The notes under the pieces were generated by a model. That model was not told where the DNA came from. It did not search any database and saw nothing but the letters and a program-made list of their open reading frames with translations. Positions 62,542 to 64,000 of a stretch of 64,000 nt of DNA are shown here, in pieces. Both the position numbers and the translations under genes were made by a program. Numbering within the stretch: the stretch's first letter is position 1; every line of letters begins with the position of its first letter. Source of the DNA: Candidatus Cloacimonadales bacterium (GTDB taxonomy: Bacteria; Cloacimonadota; Cloacimonadia; Cloacimonadales; JAFGVF01); the NCBI GenBank assembly GCA_963678315.1, contig OY782781.1:1568001-1632000 (forward strand). The letters are read 5' to 3'.

Positions 62542-63435
62542 ATGCATGTTTTAGAATCTTATAATTTTACCCCAATTTTGGGGTGGTCAGTAAGCAGATA
62601 CGAGACCTTTACTAATTGTAAAAGACAATATTACTACACCTATTATGGTAAATATGATAATCAAATTCCTTATGAAACTATACTCTATTTTAAGCAATTA
62701 ACATCACTTCCTTTGGAAAAAGGTAACATCACTCATGACTTAATAAGGGATATTCTAAGAAGATTCCAGAAAACAAGTGCAGACATTGACACAACTAAGT
62801 TTCAAAGTTATATATTTAATATGACTAAACGTTATTGTGCTAATAAAGAGTTTGCTGAAATAGTATTTAATAAGCAATCTACTATCAACATTCAAGAGCT
62901 ATATGAAGAGATAAAAGGCTTTGTTATAGCTTTTCTAAACAGTAAAAGATTTTCTTGGATTAAAGAACACTTGAATGAAGGGACTGAAGATTGGATTATT
63001 GAACCTGCTGGTTTCGGTGAAACAAGATTTAATGACTTAAAAGCTTACTGTAAAGTTGATTTCTTGATTCCTATTGATGATAAATACTATATTTTTGATT
63101 GGAAGACAGGTCGATTATCACCTGATAAACATAGAAAACAGATGCTTGCTTATTCGGCATGGACTCAAAAGTTCTTCAATGTCGATAGTAAAAAGATACA
63201 TGCAATTCTAGCTTTCTTAAATCCTGACTATGTAGAAGTTGGTGAACATTTTACTAATGATGAGTTAGAAGATTTCAATCAACAACTAAAACTTGAAACA
63301 GAAGAAATGTATACTTACTGTTCAAACATAAAGGATAACGTTCCAATTAGAAAAGAAGAATTTACTAAAACAAGCAACTATCATATATGTTCTTTCTGTA
63401 ATTTCAGAAGGCTTTGTAACAGAGAGAAAATCTAA
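62542..63435 (+). CDS. PD-(D/E)xK nuclease superfamily protein (AddB/Cas4-like, probable Fe-S)
   Basis: WSVSR...C.RQY, G...H, KVDF...IFDWKTG, Q...Y, C-terminal CSFCNFRRLC. Confidence 0.85.
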   Translation: MHVLESYNFTPILGWSVSRYETFTNCKRQYYYTYYGKYDNQIPYETILYFKQLTSLPLEKGNITHDLIRDILRRFQKTSADIDTTKFQSYIFNMTKRYCANKEFAEIVFNKQSTINIQELYEEIKGFVIAFLNSKRFSWIKEHLNEGTEDWIIEPAGFGETRFNDLKAYCKVDFLIPIDDKYYIFDWKTGRLSPDKHRKQMLAYSAWTQKFFNVDSKKIHAILAFLNPDYVEVGEHFTNDELEDFNQQLKLETEEMYTYCSNIKDNVPIRKEEFTKTSNYHICSFCNFRRLCNREKI

Positions 63436-63450
63436 AATAGGTTACTTAAT

Positions 63451-64000
63451 TTAAAAGATATCGAAAAAAGCTTTAATTATTCCTTCAGCTTTTAAAACAT
63501 TAATCAAAATCATTACGCAATATACAATAATAAACATTGAACAATCACGTAAATCTTTATAGAAAGTTTTTGGCTTTACACTATATTCTTGTGGTTGGTG
63601 AAAAAGAGAGAATTTTGGAAAGAACTTAGGAACAGTGCTTCTATATTTATCGTATTGCTCTCCATAAATACCAGACAACTTAGCCTCTTCTCCAGCAATT
63701 ACTAGAGGATAGTAGAAAGCAAAAGCTAATATGCAAAAAGCAAAGAATAATAGAGAATGAGATACTAGTCCAACTCCAATGAGTCCCAGAAAACTGAAGT
63801 AGTATAAAGGATTACGCATCATAGAATAAGGTCCTTCACTGACTAACTTCTTATTCTTGAACCCAGATATGTAGAAAGAACACCAGATTCTTCCCATAAC
63901 CGCAGATGTACATAGAAGTAATGCTACAATATCAATTACCGTATAAGCGATTGGATTTAAAATGAATTTCTGTTTTCCAAATATTAGTGCAATGATTGCT
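63451..64000 (-). CDS. Isoprenylcysteine carboxyl methyltransferase (Ste14/ICMT-like) membrane protein; 5' end outside the window
   Basis: LVSEGPYSMMRNPLY, EE..L...YG..Y..Y...VPKF. The frame stays open from 63897 to the window edge. Confidence 0.85.
   Translation of the reverse strand, partial: AIIALIFGKQKFILNPIAYTVIDIVALLLCTSAVMGRIWCSFYISGFKNKKLVSEGPYSMMRNPLYYFSFLGLIGVGLVSHSLLFFAFCILAFAFYYPLVIAGEEAKLSGIYGEQYDKYRSTVPKFFPKFSLFHQPQEYSVKPKTFYKDLRDCSMFIIVYCVMILINVLKAEGIIKAFFDIF

Overview
AT-rich bacterial chromosome segment, apparently from an anaerobic diderm. The FCB-like surface proteins and Stn/Hyd-type flavoproteins suggest Cloacimonadota or a relative, but this is inference. Housekeeping genes include secD/secF (plus a truncated secD paralog), sdaA, gyrB/gyrA, an ispA-like gene, moxR, smpB, an amidase, glgP, three sensor kinases and a NuoE/NuoF/GltD-NuoG-fusion cluster resembling the StnABC transhydrogenase. 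The standout is the locus at 23987-41315. A tightly coupled minus-strand operon encodes a FliF-like/FliG fusion, MotA, MotB, an ExeA-type ATPase, Wzc, an SLBB-LCP protein, Wza and a propeller/beta-barrel outer-membrane protein. Divergently transcribed are a large FG-GAP/Ig-repeat adhesin with a T9SS-type C-terminal domain and a PorV/PorP-like barrel-TPR protein. No other flagellar gene is in the window, so this looks like a flagellum-derived rotary motor wired to surface polysaccharide or adhesin export. A dispersed REP-like palindrome family occurs at about 13.4, 48.3 and 61.6 kb. I saw no rRNA, tRNA, CRISPR array or transposase. All family assignments are by-eye motif recognition; no database search was run.
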